DNA of 32,000 nt, taken from assembly GCA_963822835.1 (NCBI GenBank), contig CAWGIZ010000001.1:1-32000 (forward strand). The letters run 5' to 3'. Shown here one piece after another: positions 15,932 through 24,644 of this stretch. The translations under genes and the position numbers were made by a program. Within the stretch, counting starts at the first letter, position 1. Every line of letters begins with the position of its first letter. This stretch comes from an uncultured Alphaproteobacteria bacterium (lineage in GTDB: Bacteria > Pseudomonadota > Alphaproteobacteria > CAVTAV01). The notes under the pieces were generated by a model that worked only from the letters and a program-made list of their open reading frames with translations, did not search any database and was not told the DNA's origin.

Positions 15932-17909
15932 CCGTCATACGCGCTCGATGACGGGTGCCTCGCTCGGCTTTCTGCTGGCGCTCGCGGCCACGCCATGCCT
16001 GGCCGCGAAAGCGGATATTGACGCAGCGCGGCAGGCGATCCTGCATCGCGACTACGCGTCGGCCGTCACGATTCTAAGCCGCGCCGCCGATCAGGGCGAT
16101 TTCGACGCGAGCTATCAACTGGCCAATCTCTATCGCAACGGCATGGGCGTTTCGAAGGATCAGGCGAAGGCCTTCGATCTCTATGGACGCGCCGCAAAGG
16201 CGGGGAACACCGAAGCCGCCTACAGTCTCGGCAAAATGTATGAATATGGTTGGGGCACGAGTGCCGATCCCGCACAGGCACGGCGGTGGTACGAGGTGTC
16301 GGCAAAGGCCGGAAACACGGCGGCAACCGCCAGTCTGGCAAGCCTCGAGAAACACACGGCAGATCTTGTCGAGCACTCGCTCGCCGATGCCGCCGGCACC
16401 GACGATATCGGGGATATCCGACGGTTGCTCGATCAGGGCACCGATCCAAACAAGCCGGACAAGTTCGGGCGTACGCCGCTGACCGAGGCCGTCACGCATG
16501 CGAGGCCCGATGTCGCGAAACTTTTACTCGCTCACGGCGCGGCGCCGGATGCCGCGAACGCTTCGGGCGACACGGCGCTGACTCTTGCGGCGGAATCCGG
16601 GGACACGGAAACCGTACGCGCGCTTCTTAAGGCACGAGCGAAAGTCGACCAGACAAACCGGGCGGGCGCGACACCGCTCGTCATCGCCGCGACGGGCGGC
16701 AAGTCAGGAATCGTGACCGTGCTGCTCGCGGCGGGCGCATCCATCAACGCGAAAGATCCGCTTGGCCGCACCGCTCTCGACATCGCGCTCCAGAAGAATC
16801 AGCCGCAGATGGTCGCGGCTTTGAGGAAGGCGGGGGCAACCGAGACGACGGACGCGCGCAGCAACGCCGAGCGCACCGGCCTTGCATCGATCGCAGAGAG
16901 CAATCCAGCCTTCTTCAAGGGTTGGACGCCGCTGATGATAGCGACCTGGCGCGACCGGCCGGATCTGGTCAAGTCTCTGCTCCCGTCGTCCGATCTCAAG
17001 GCAAAGAACCCGGCCGGCCAGACGGCGCTCACCATCGCCGCCGCGCAGGGCCATGCGGCCGTCGCCCGGTTGCTGCTCGGAGAGGCAAGCGACGAAGGCT
17101 GCAACCGCGATTCCGCCTGCCATCCTCTGCTTGCTGCGGTGAGCGCCGGCGACGTGGAGATGATCGATCTGCTGGTCCCCGCCTATCGGAATACGCCGAG
17201 CTTTCCGTCCGTGCTGAATTCGGCACTTGCCGCGGCGATTTCAAAGCAGCGCTGGCCCGTCACCTTGGAGTTGTTGAAATCGGGCGCAAAACTGCAATCG
17301 GCGAAAGGGGAGATTTCTCCGCTGGTATCGGCTGCCCCAGCCGCGCCGGCGGAACTGATCGCCGCCCTGGCCGATCGCGGCCTCGATATCGATGCGACCG
17401 ACAGTGCAGGCCGGTCGGCGCTTATTCTCGCGGCGCAGAACGGCCGGACGGCGACGGCCTCGTTACTGATTGCGCGCCACGCCGATCTCAATCATCTGGA
17501 TTCGCTTCATCAATCCGCGCTCATGAAGGCGGCGCGCTACGGCCATGCCGATATCGTCAAGCTGCTCGTCGGGGCGGGTGCCAATCTCGCGCTTGCGACC
17601 GAGACGGGGAACACCGCCCTCATGCTCGCCTCCGAGGCCGGCAGGACAGAATCCGCCACGGCGCTCCTGCGCGTTTCGAATGCCGTAGACACCAAGAACG
17701 ACGTCGGCGACACCGCGCTGATCCTGGCTGCCCGCAATGGTCATAAGGATATCGTCGCGGCGCTCTTGAAGGCCGGCGCCAACCCTCGCCTGAAAAACAA
17801 CCGCCGGCAGGAGGCGCTGGACGTGGCCCCTGCCGGCGAGACCGAGCTTCGAAAATCGATTTCCGAAGCGAAAGCTTCCCGCTCCTGGATTTCGGAGATT
17901 CTGCAATGA
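15918..17909 (+). CDS. Periplasmic Sel1-repeat + ankyrin-repeat protein
   Basis: Signal peptide: ...MTGASLGFLLALAATPCLAAKA. Sel1 repeats: YQLANLYRNGMGVSKDQAKAFDLYGRAAKAGN and YSLGKMYEYGWGTSADPAQARRWYEVSAKAGN. These are followed by roughly a dozen ANK repeats (GRTPLTEAV..., GDTALTLAAESGDTETVRALLKARAKVD, GNTALMLASEAG..., GDTALILAARNGHKDIVAALLKAGANP). The start overlaps the upstream gene by 14 nt; an alternative ATG is at 15948. Confidence 0.8.
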   Translation: MARPDRHTRSMTGASLGFLLALAATPCLAAKADIDAARQAILHRDYASAVTILSRAADQGDFDASYQLANLYRNGMGVSKDQAKAFDLYGRAAKAGNTEAAYSLGKMYEYGWGTSADPAQARRWYEVSAKAGNTAATASLASLEKHTADLVEHSLADAAGTDDIGDIRRLLDQGTDPNKPDKFGRTPLTEAVTHARPDVAKLLLAHGAAPDAANASGDTALTLAAESGDTETVRALLKARAKVDQTNRAGATPLVIAATGGKSGIVTVLLAAGASINAKDPLGRTALDIALQKNQPQMVAALRKAGATETTDARSNAERTGLASIAESNPAFFKGWTPLMIATWRDRPDLVKSLLPSSDLKAKNPAGQTALTIAAAQGHAAVARLLLGEASDEGCNRDSACHPLLAAVSAGDVEMIDLLVPAYRNTPSFPSVLNSALAAAISKQRWPVTLELLKSGAKLQSAKGEISPLVSAAPAAPAELIAALADRGLDIDATDSAGRSALILAAQNGRTATASLLIARHADLNHLDSLHQSALMKAARYGHADIVKLLVGAGANLALATETGNTALMLASEAGRTESATALLRVSNAVDTKNDVGDTALILAARNGHKDIVAALLKAGANPRLKNNRRQEALDVAPAGETELRKSISEAKASRSWISEILQ

Positions 17910-18832
17910 CGACCAACGCCATGACCGCGACGATCGAAAGGCCGACAGCCGCCCCTAAATCCGCCGCGAGGAGGCCGGCGCCCCTCCGCCGCAAACTGTC
18001 CCGCTCCGTGCCCTGGATCTTCGGGATCTCGGTCGCCTTGGTGCTTGTCGTCGGTTATCGCCTTCGGCACCTCGATCTGGTGACGGCAGAAAGCGGCATC
18101 GGCTATTGGTTCGGTATCGCGGGAGCGTCGCTGATGGGTTTGCTGCTCGTCTATCCGCTGCGCAAACGCGTGAAGGCGCTCGCTGTGCTCGGCGGGGTTC
18201 GCTTCTGGTTCAACACCCATATGATGTTCGGCATCCTCGGGCCGGCGCTGATTCTGCTTCACTGTAACTTTCGTCTCGGATCGACGAACAGCAATGTCGC
18301 GCTGTTCTCGATGCTGATCGTGGCCGGCAGCGGACTGATCGGCCGCTTCATCTATGTCCGCATCCACCACGGCCTGTCCGAGCGCAAGGTGGACTTCGCG
18401 GAACTGCGCAAGGAACTCGTTCAGAGCCGGGACGAGGCGAGCGATCTCTTTGCGCTGGCTCCCTCCGTGAAGACTATTCTTTCGGGCTATTCGGATCGAA
18501 TTCTGGCGGCGCGCGGCAATTTCTTTGCGACATTCCTCAAATTACCCGTCCGCCACCTTGACGGAACCCTGACCGGATTACGCGTTCGCGGGTTGGCGAA
18601 ACGCGAAGTTCGGGCGAATGCCGCGACCGCCGGTCTCAGCAATCGCGAGGCCCGCGACGCAACGCGGCGAATCCGCCAGCACACCAGACGCTTCATCGCG
18701 GACTCGCGCCAGGTCGCGAATTTCTCGTTCTATGAGCGGCTGTTTTCGCTTTGGCACGTCGCTCATATCCCTCTGTTCGTCGCACTCGTGGGAGCCGCGA
18801 TCTTCCACGTCATCGCCGTTCACAAATACTGA
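17906..18832 (+). CDS. Polytopic inner-membrane protein with conserved His residues in TM helices (possible b-haem/quinone-interacting electron-entry module)
   Basis: ATGA overlap with the upstream stop (17906-17909). At least 4 hydrophobic helices: VPWIFGISVALVLVVGY, GYWFGIAGASLMGLLLVYPL, FNTHMMFGILGPALILLHC, VALFSMLIVAGSGLIGRFIY, plus the C-terminal HVAHIPLFVALVGAAIFHVIAV. I recognise no family with confidence. Confidence 0.6.
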   Translation: MTTNAMTATIERPTAAPKSAARRPAPLRRKLSRSVPWIFGISVALVLVVGYRLRHLDLVTAESGIGYWFGIAGASLMGLLLVYPLRKRVKALAVLGGVRFWFNTHMMFGILGPALILLHCNFRLGSTNSNVALFSMLIVAGSGLIGRFIYVRIHHGLSERKVDFAELRKELVQSRDEASDLFALAPSVKTILSGYSDRILAARGNFFATFLKLPVRHLDGTLTGLRVRGLAKREVRANAATAGLSNREARDATRRIRQHTRRFIADSRQVANFSFYERLFSLWHVAHIPLFVALVGAAIFHVIAVHKY

Positions 18833-18848
18833 CGGGGTCTCGGCGCGC

Positions 18849-20417
18849 ATGGGCTTCAACCGCACACTCCGTCTCTGGGCTCTGGCCGTGATCGCGCTAC
18901 TTGGCGCGACGGCGGCGCACGCCCAGAATCTGGAGCGGTTGGTGATGCCCGGGCCGCTGACTGCGCCGCACGCCAAGTTCGAGAGCGACTGCAACCAGTG
19001 CCATTCGCCCTACAGCAAGCAGACGCAGAACACGCTGTGCCTCTCCTGCCACAAGGACGTGGCGGCGGACATGAAGGCGAAGACTGGCTTCCACGGCCGT
19101 TCGTCTTCGGTCGCGGGCGTCGAGTGCAAATCCTGCCATACCGATCACAAGGGCCGGGATTTCAATATCGTCGGGCTGGACCGGGAATCCTTCGATCACA
19201 GCGCGACCGATTTTCCGCTCACCGGCGCGCACGCCAAAGCGAACTGCACACAGTGTCACGCCTCCGGCAAGAAGTTCCGCGAGGCCGAGAAGGACTGCGT
19301 AGCGTGCCATAAATCCGATGACGTTCATAAAGGATCGATGGGCGCGAATTGCGCCGAATGCCACACCACGGCGACGTGGTCGGTTTCCGGGTTCGATCAT
19401 TCGAAGACCAAGTTCCCGCTGACCGGCAAACACGCCAAGGTCGATTGCGCAGCGTGTCACCCTAATCGTGCCTATCGCGGGACACCTGTCGCCTGTGCGG
19501 CCTGTCACATCGTCGACGATGCGCACGGCGGCCGCTTCGGTACAAAATGCGAGACGTGCCATTCACCGGCCGCATGGAAGTCGGTCTCGTTCGATCACAA
19601 CAAGGACACCAAATTCCCATTGCGCGGAGCGCATGGCGGCCTCGCCTGCAACAGCTGCCACGTGAATCCCAAGGCCGATCTGAAGCTGCCGACGACTTGC
19701 GTCTCCTGCCATTCGATCCAGGATGTTCACAAAGGCCGGAACGGCACGAAATGCGCCGATTGCCATAATGAGCGCAGCTGGAAGACCGTCTCCTTCGATC
19801 ACGGCAAGGACACGCGCTTCCCGCTCCGTGGTGCACATGCGGGGCTGCAATGCACGGACTGCCATCATGGCAATCCGGCTCAGGAAAAACTCTCCACGAC
19901 CTGCTTCTCGTGCCACGCCGGTGATGATCCTCATAACAAGCAGCTCGGCGAACGCTGCGACACGTGTCATGGGGTTACAAATTGGTCGAGTGATGTTCGT
20001 TTCGATCACGACCTGACCAGTTTCCCGTTGCTCGGCCTTCATGCGGCGGTGGCCTGCGAATCCTGCCACGTGACTCTCGCCTTCAAGGATGCCAAGGCGG
20101 GCTGCTTCGATTGTCACAAGGCCGACGACGTCCACAAGGGAACGCTCGGCGACAACTGCGCCTCCTGCCACAACCCCAATGGCTGGGACCACTGGCAGTT
20201 CGATCACGCCACGCAGACCGACTTTCCTCTGACCGGCTCGCACAAGGATATCGCCTGCAAGGAATGCCATCACGAGCCGGTCTACAAAAAGGCCAGCCAA
20301 AGCGAGACCTGCTACTCGTGTCACGCCAAGGACGATGAGCATGCGGGCCAGTTCGGCCATCGCTGCGAACAGTGCCATCAGACCGACAGCTTCAAGAATG
20401 TGAGGATCCGACGATGA
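18849..20417 (+). CDS. 21-haem c-type cytochrome built from seven c7/c3-type trihaem modules
   Basis: Start at MGFNRTLRLWALAVIALLGATAAHAQ (signal peptide); the track ORF from 18618 overlaps the previous gene. I count 21 CXXCH motifs. The unit FDH..T.FPL.G.H....C..CH...(~20)...C..CH..DD.H.G..G..C..CH....W recurs 7 times. Confidence 0.85.
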   Translation: MGFNRTLRLWALAVIALLGATAAHAQNLERLVMPGPLTAPHAKFESDCNQCHSPYSKQTQNTLCLSCHKDVAADMKAKTGFHGRSSSVAGVECKSCHTDHKGRDFNIVGLDRESFDHSATDFPLTGAHAKANCTQCHASGKKFREAEKDCVACHKSDDVHKGSMGANCAECHTTATWSVSGFDHSKTKFPLTGKHAKVDCAACHPNRAYRGTPVACAACHIVDDAHGGRFGTKCETCHSPAAWKSVSFDHNKDTKFPLRGAHGGLACNSCHVNPKADLKLPTTCVSCHSIQDVHKGRNGTKCADCHNERSWKTVSFDHGKDTRFPLRGAHAGLQCTDCHHGNPAQEKLSTTCFSCHAGDDPHNKQLGERCDTCHGVTNWSSDVRFDHDLTSFPLLGLHAAVACESCHVTLAFKDAKAGCFDCHKADDVHKGTLGDNCASCHNPNGWDHWQFDHATQTDFPLTGSHKDIACKECHHEPVYKKASQSETCYSCHAKDDEHAGQFGHRCEQCHQTDSFKNVRIRR

Positions 20418-22310
20418 CCCGACGGCTTTCTCTTCACTACGTGCTCGGCCTGGTCATGGCGGCCTTGGTTCTGGCCCTGCTGGCCTGCACGCCGCGTGCG
20501 TCGCTAGGGGCCGAGGTATCCCGCGACTTCGACCACTTTTCGACCGGCTTCCCGTTGGAGGATGGCCATGCCGGCGTTCCATGCGAGAGCTGCCACGTGA
20601 ACGGCGTCTTCGCGGGCACGCCTCGGCGATGTGCTCAATGCCACCAGCGTGGCGGGCCGATCAATGCCGAGGCAAAACCGGTCAATCACATCAACACGAC
20701 GGATGACTGCGAATCCTGCCATACGCTTCGAAACTTTACGAAGACGTCGAGAGTGGACCACGGCTCCGTCATAGGCCCGTGCGCGAGCTGTCACAACAAT
20801 GTCGTCGCCGAGGGCAAGTCGCCGACACATCTTCAAAGCTCCAACAATTGCGACGACTGCCATACCACGACGGTCTGGAACGATGTCCGTTTCGATCATA
20901 CCGGCGTGACCGCACCCTGCGTCAGCTGCCACAACGGCGCCACCGCCACCGGCAAGAACACGACGCATATCAGCACCACCGACCAGTGCGACGATTGCCA
21001 TACGACATTGAGATGGAATCCCGTATCTCGCGTCGACCATGCGGACGTCCTGGGCACCTGCTTCAGCTGCCATAACGGCACCACGGCCACGGGCAAGAAC
21101 GTCACTCACGTCCAGAGCACCAACAATTGTGACGATTGCCACACGACGACCGCCTGGACACCGGCGACGTTCGATCACACGGGCATCACGGGAAGCTGCG
21201 CGAGCTGCCACAACGGCACCACCGCGACCGGCAAGAGCGCAACGCATATCACTACGAATACGGTTTGCGAGGATTGCCATACCACGACGGCATGGTCGCC
21301 GGTCATTCGTGTGGACCACATAGACGTCGTCGGAACTTGCTTCAGCTGTCACAACGGCACGACGGCCACCGGCAAGTCCCCCACCCACATTCAGAGTCGA
21401 ACACCTGCGACAGCTGCCACACGACGGCGGCCTGGTCGCCCGCGAACGTCAATCACGACAACATCACGGGAAGCTGCTTCAGCTGCCACAACGGCACGAC
21501 GGCCACAGGCAAGAACGCCACGCATATCAACACGACCAATCTCTGCGAGGATTGCCATTCCGTCGTCGCGTGGAATCCCGTCTCCAAGGTCGATCATGCC
21601 GACGTGGTGGGAACCTGCTACAGCTGTCACAACGGCACGACAGCCACGGGCAAAGGCCCGACCCATCTCAACACGAGCAATAATTGCGACGACTGCCATG
21701 TGACGACGGTCTGGACCGATGTCCGGTTCGACCACACGGGTGTCACGGGCACCTGTTCGAGCTGCCACAACGGCACGACGGCCACGGGCAAAGGCGCGAC
21801 GCATATCCTGACGAACGCCGAGTGCGATGGCTGCCACACAACACTGGCCTGGACGCCGGCGAATTTCGACCACGCACTGGTCACTGGATCCTGCTCGAGC
21901 TGCCATAACGGAACCACCGCAACCGGTAAGTCCGCGACGCATTTCGTGACGACCGTGGAATGCGATTCCTGCCATACCATCAATAGCTGGGCCTTCACGC
22001 ATTTCACGCACACTTCACCGAACTATCCGGGTGACCATCGTTCCAGCGTCGGATGCAATGACTGCCATACATCGAACAGCCAGACGATCGCCTGGCCAAT
22101 CCGACCTATGCGCCCGATTGCGCCGCCTGCCACGCCAACCAGTACAGGGCCGGCGAGCACCGCAAGACCATCAGTCCGGCAACGAACTACACGGTAAGTG
22201 AACTACGCGACTGTTCCGGCGCGTGCCACACCTACACAGACACCACTCTGACGACGATTTCGCGGAGCCGGACAGGCCATCACCGTCCGTCCGATGGAAG
22301 TTTCGATTGA
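20414..22310 (+). pseudogene. Multihaem cytochrome (23 CXXCH + one CX3CH) with nine tandem doubled-CXXCH modules; reading frame broken by two 1-nt deletions
   Basis: ATGA overlap with the upstream stop, with GAGGAT as SD. Signal/lipobox-like sequence: MTRRLSLHYVLGLVMAALVLALLAC. The frame changes at about 21396-21400: ...GKSPTHIQS| continues as SNTCDSCHTTAAW in the frame of ORF 21136..22197. It changes again at about 22096-22101: ...SNSQTIAW| continues as PNPTYAPDCAACHANQYRAGEHRK...YTVSELRDCSGACHTYTD...SDGSFD*, with the stop at 22308-22310. Confidence 0.75.
20756..22004 (+). repeat. Nine tandem ~138-141-nt coding repeats (46-47-aa doubled-CXXCH modules)
   Basis: Module consensus: DH..V.G.C.SCHNGTTATGK..THI.T...CDDCHTT.AW.P..(V/F). 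Strings such as AGCTGCCACAACGGCACCAC(G/C)GCCAC(C/G)GGCAAG recur at the DNA level. Confidence 0.8.
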
Positions 22311-24467
22311 TGCAGCGGGCTGGGGAGCACGAGGCAATAGGTTCTGTCATGCGACGCTTTCTGGGTTTCGTGCCGCATATCTGTATGGCGCTTCTGTCAA
22401 CAACGGCATGTCTTGCCTTCGCCGGCCCGGCTTCGGCCTCGGTGCTCGAACAGGCGGATGTCCGGGAGAGTGATAGAGGCTTCCAGCTGCGGATTGGCCT
22501 TTCCATCCCGATGGGATTTCAGCGTGTTTCACCGCAGGGGCCGGCCAGGGAATTCATCATCGAGCTCCTGCCGCGTCCGACCGGGCAGGCCATCGACGAG
22601 GCAACAGAACGCTCTCAGGATCACATTGGCTTCGACAAATCGACGTCTGCGCCCATACAGGAGGTGCTGTACGACGGGTTGAATACGGGCCGGCCGACGA
22701 TCACGCTCCGGCTGACGCGCGCCGCAACGATCTCCGTCCGCAACGACGCGGATCTGAAGTCGTTGATCGTCGACATCGCGCCGGTCGGCATCGTGAAGTC
22801 ATTGGCCGGGGCGCCTAGCTTCGACGACAGCGTGTCCCAGATCGATCTTTCCGCCCAGCCGGTCATGAAGGAGGCGAAGCAGGCCCTGATCGACGGCCAT
22901 CTCGATCGCGCGGTTCAGCTTTTCACCAAGATCGTCGAGAGCGGCGACGGTCCGCTGCGCCGCGAAGCTCTTGAACTTCTCGGCCTGTCGCGCGAGCGCA
23001 ATCATCAACTGGCGCAAGCCGTCGCGGAATATAGCCGTTACCTCAAGGACTACCCGATAGGCCCGGACTTCGGATCGGGTGCGCCAGCGTCTCTCCGCCC
23101 TCGTCACGATCGACAAGACGCCTGCGGCAACCGCCAGCCAGGAAGTGCGCAAACCCAAGCCGGAAAAGAAGTGGCGTACCGAAGCGGACGGCAGTCTGGC
23201 GCAGTATTACTACCGGAATACGGTCAATCCGCCGGGCGGCCCGAACCAGGTCACGCAATCCGCGCTTACCACGAATGTCGATGCCCGGGTGCGGGCACGG
23301 AGCGACAATTACGACTTACGGGCGCTCTTTGTCGGCAGCTACGACGCCGATTTCCTGTCGCTCGGAACGAATGTCAAACGGCTTTATAACGCGACGATCG
23401 AGCTTCGCGACCTGAAACGGGGGCTCTATGGCAAGTTCGGCCGTCAGACGAGCAACACGGGCGGCGTGTTCGGCCGGTTCGACGGCCTGCAACTTTCCGC
23501 CGACATTCTGGATCACCTCGCGGTGAAGGGATTCTTCGGCTATCCGGTCGAGAGCAGCCGGGATGTCTCGATCAACAGCGAACGCAAGCTGTTCGGCGGT
23601 GGTCTCGACTTCAAGAATGTGATCGGTTCGTGGTCCTTCGGCACCTACTTCGTCGAACAGACCAATACCGGCCTGATCGACCGGCGCGCGGTGGGGGCCG
23701 AAGTCAAGTATTTCGAGGCCGGGAAATCGCTGTACGGGCTGCTCGATTACGACATCTTCTTCAAGGAACTCAGCACCGCCTTCGTGATGGGCAGCTACAG
23801 CTTCGGCCAGAAGACGACGATCAGCGCCACACTGGACTACCGCAAGGGACCATTCCTGACGACGGAGAACGCGATTGTCGGCCAGGGCGTAACCTCGCTT
23901 AGCGACCTCCTGGGCGTCTTCACGCCGACCGAGATCTATCAGTTGGCCCTTGACCGCACCGCGACAAGCAAATCCGCGACGCTGGGATTGACGCAGGTAC
24001 TGAACGACCGGCTGTCGCTCTATTCCGATTTTACGATGTCGAGCATCTCCGGCACGGTGGCGTCGGGCGGTGTCCCCGGCTTCAACGGAACCGGCACGAA
24101 CCTTTACTGGACGACACAACTCGTGGCGAGCGACCTGTTCCGGCAAGGAGCCATTTTCATCGGCGGCCTGCGTTACTCGAAGCTCGACCGTTACAACAGT
24201 TACGGCGTCACGCTGAATTACCGCTTCCCCGTAACCAGCAAGTTCCGCATCAATCCCCGCATGCTGGTCGACTACCGCGCCGGTCAAGGAGGCGCCAGCG
24301 ACCGTCTGCTGGTACGCCCCTGGGTCCGCATGGACTATCGCCTCAGCCGATGGATCCAGTTCGAATTCGAGGGCGGCGTGGAATGGTACGACGACATGCT
24401 CGTAAACCTCCCAAGCGCCACGACGACCGGCACGTTCTTCTATACGGGCTATCGGTTGATGTTCTGA
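22310..24467 (+). pseudogene. Outer-membrane protein: signal peptide + AMIN-like domain + TPR-like segment + C-terminal beta-barrel; split by a 1-nt insertion
   Basis: The start is either the ATG at 22310 (TGATG overlap with the upstream stop) or the ATG at 22349 (MRRFLGFVPHICMALLSTTACLAFAGPASA). AMIN-like sequence: RGFQLRIGL...RPTITLRLTRAATISVRNDADLKSLIVDIAP. ORF 22223..23389 loses sense after YLKDYPIGPD (about 23069). Frame +1 continues SDRVRQRLSALVTIDK... as ORF 23079..24467, with amphipathic beta-strands and a terminal ...FFYTGYRLMF (aromatic C-terminus typical of OMP barrels). Confidence 0.65.
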
Positions 24468-24644
24468 GGTTCCGGGAACGTGGCCCGAGTAATCGCCCAA
24501 CTCGATTGTCCGCTTCAGCTCCGCCCGATTTCGGAGGTCGGCGGCAATCAATACGGTGTGATCCCACTGCAACATCTATTATGATCCGGCTTACCGGCGC
24601 TAGTCACGATAGGGGGACCGCGCCGGGAGAGGAGGGGACGGATC

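Noticed and set aside
20756-22004. Regularly spaced ~139-nt repeats considered as a CRISPR-like or other noncoding array
   Set aside because: The period and content correspond exactly to in-frame doubled-CXXCH protein modules. There is no repeat/spacer alternation.
21390-23075. Programmed ribosomal frameshifting at the three frame breaks in the cytochrome and OMP genes
   Set aside because: There is no slippery heptamer (X XXY YYZ) or poly-A/T tract at any site and no obvious downstream pseudoknot. Simple indels are the more parsimonious explanation.
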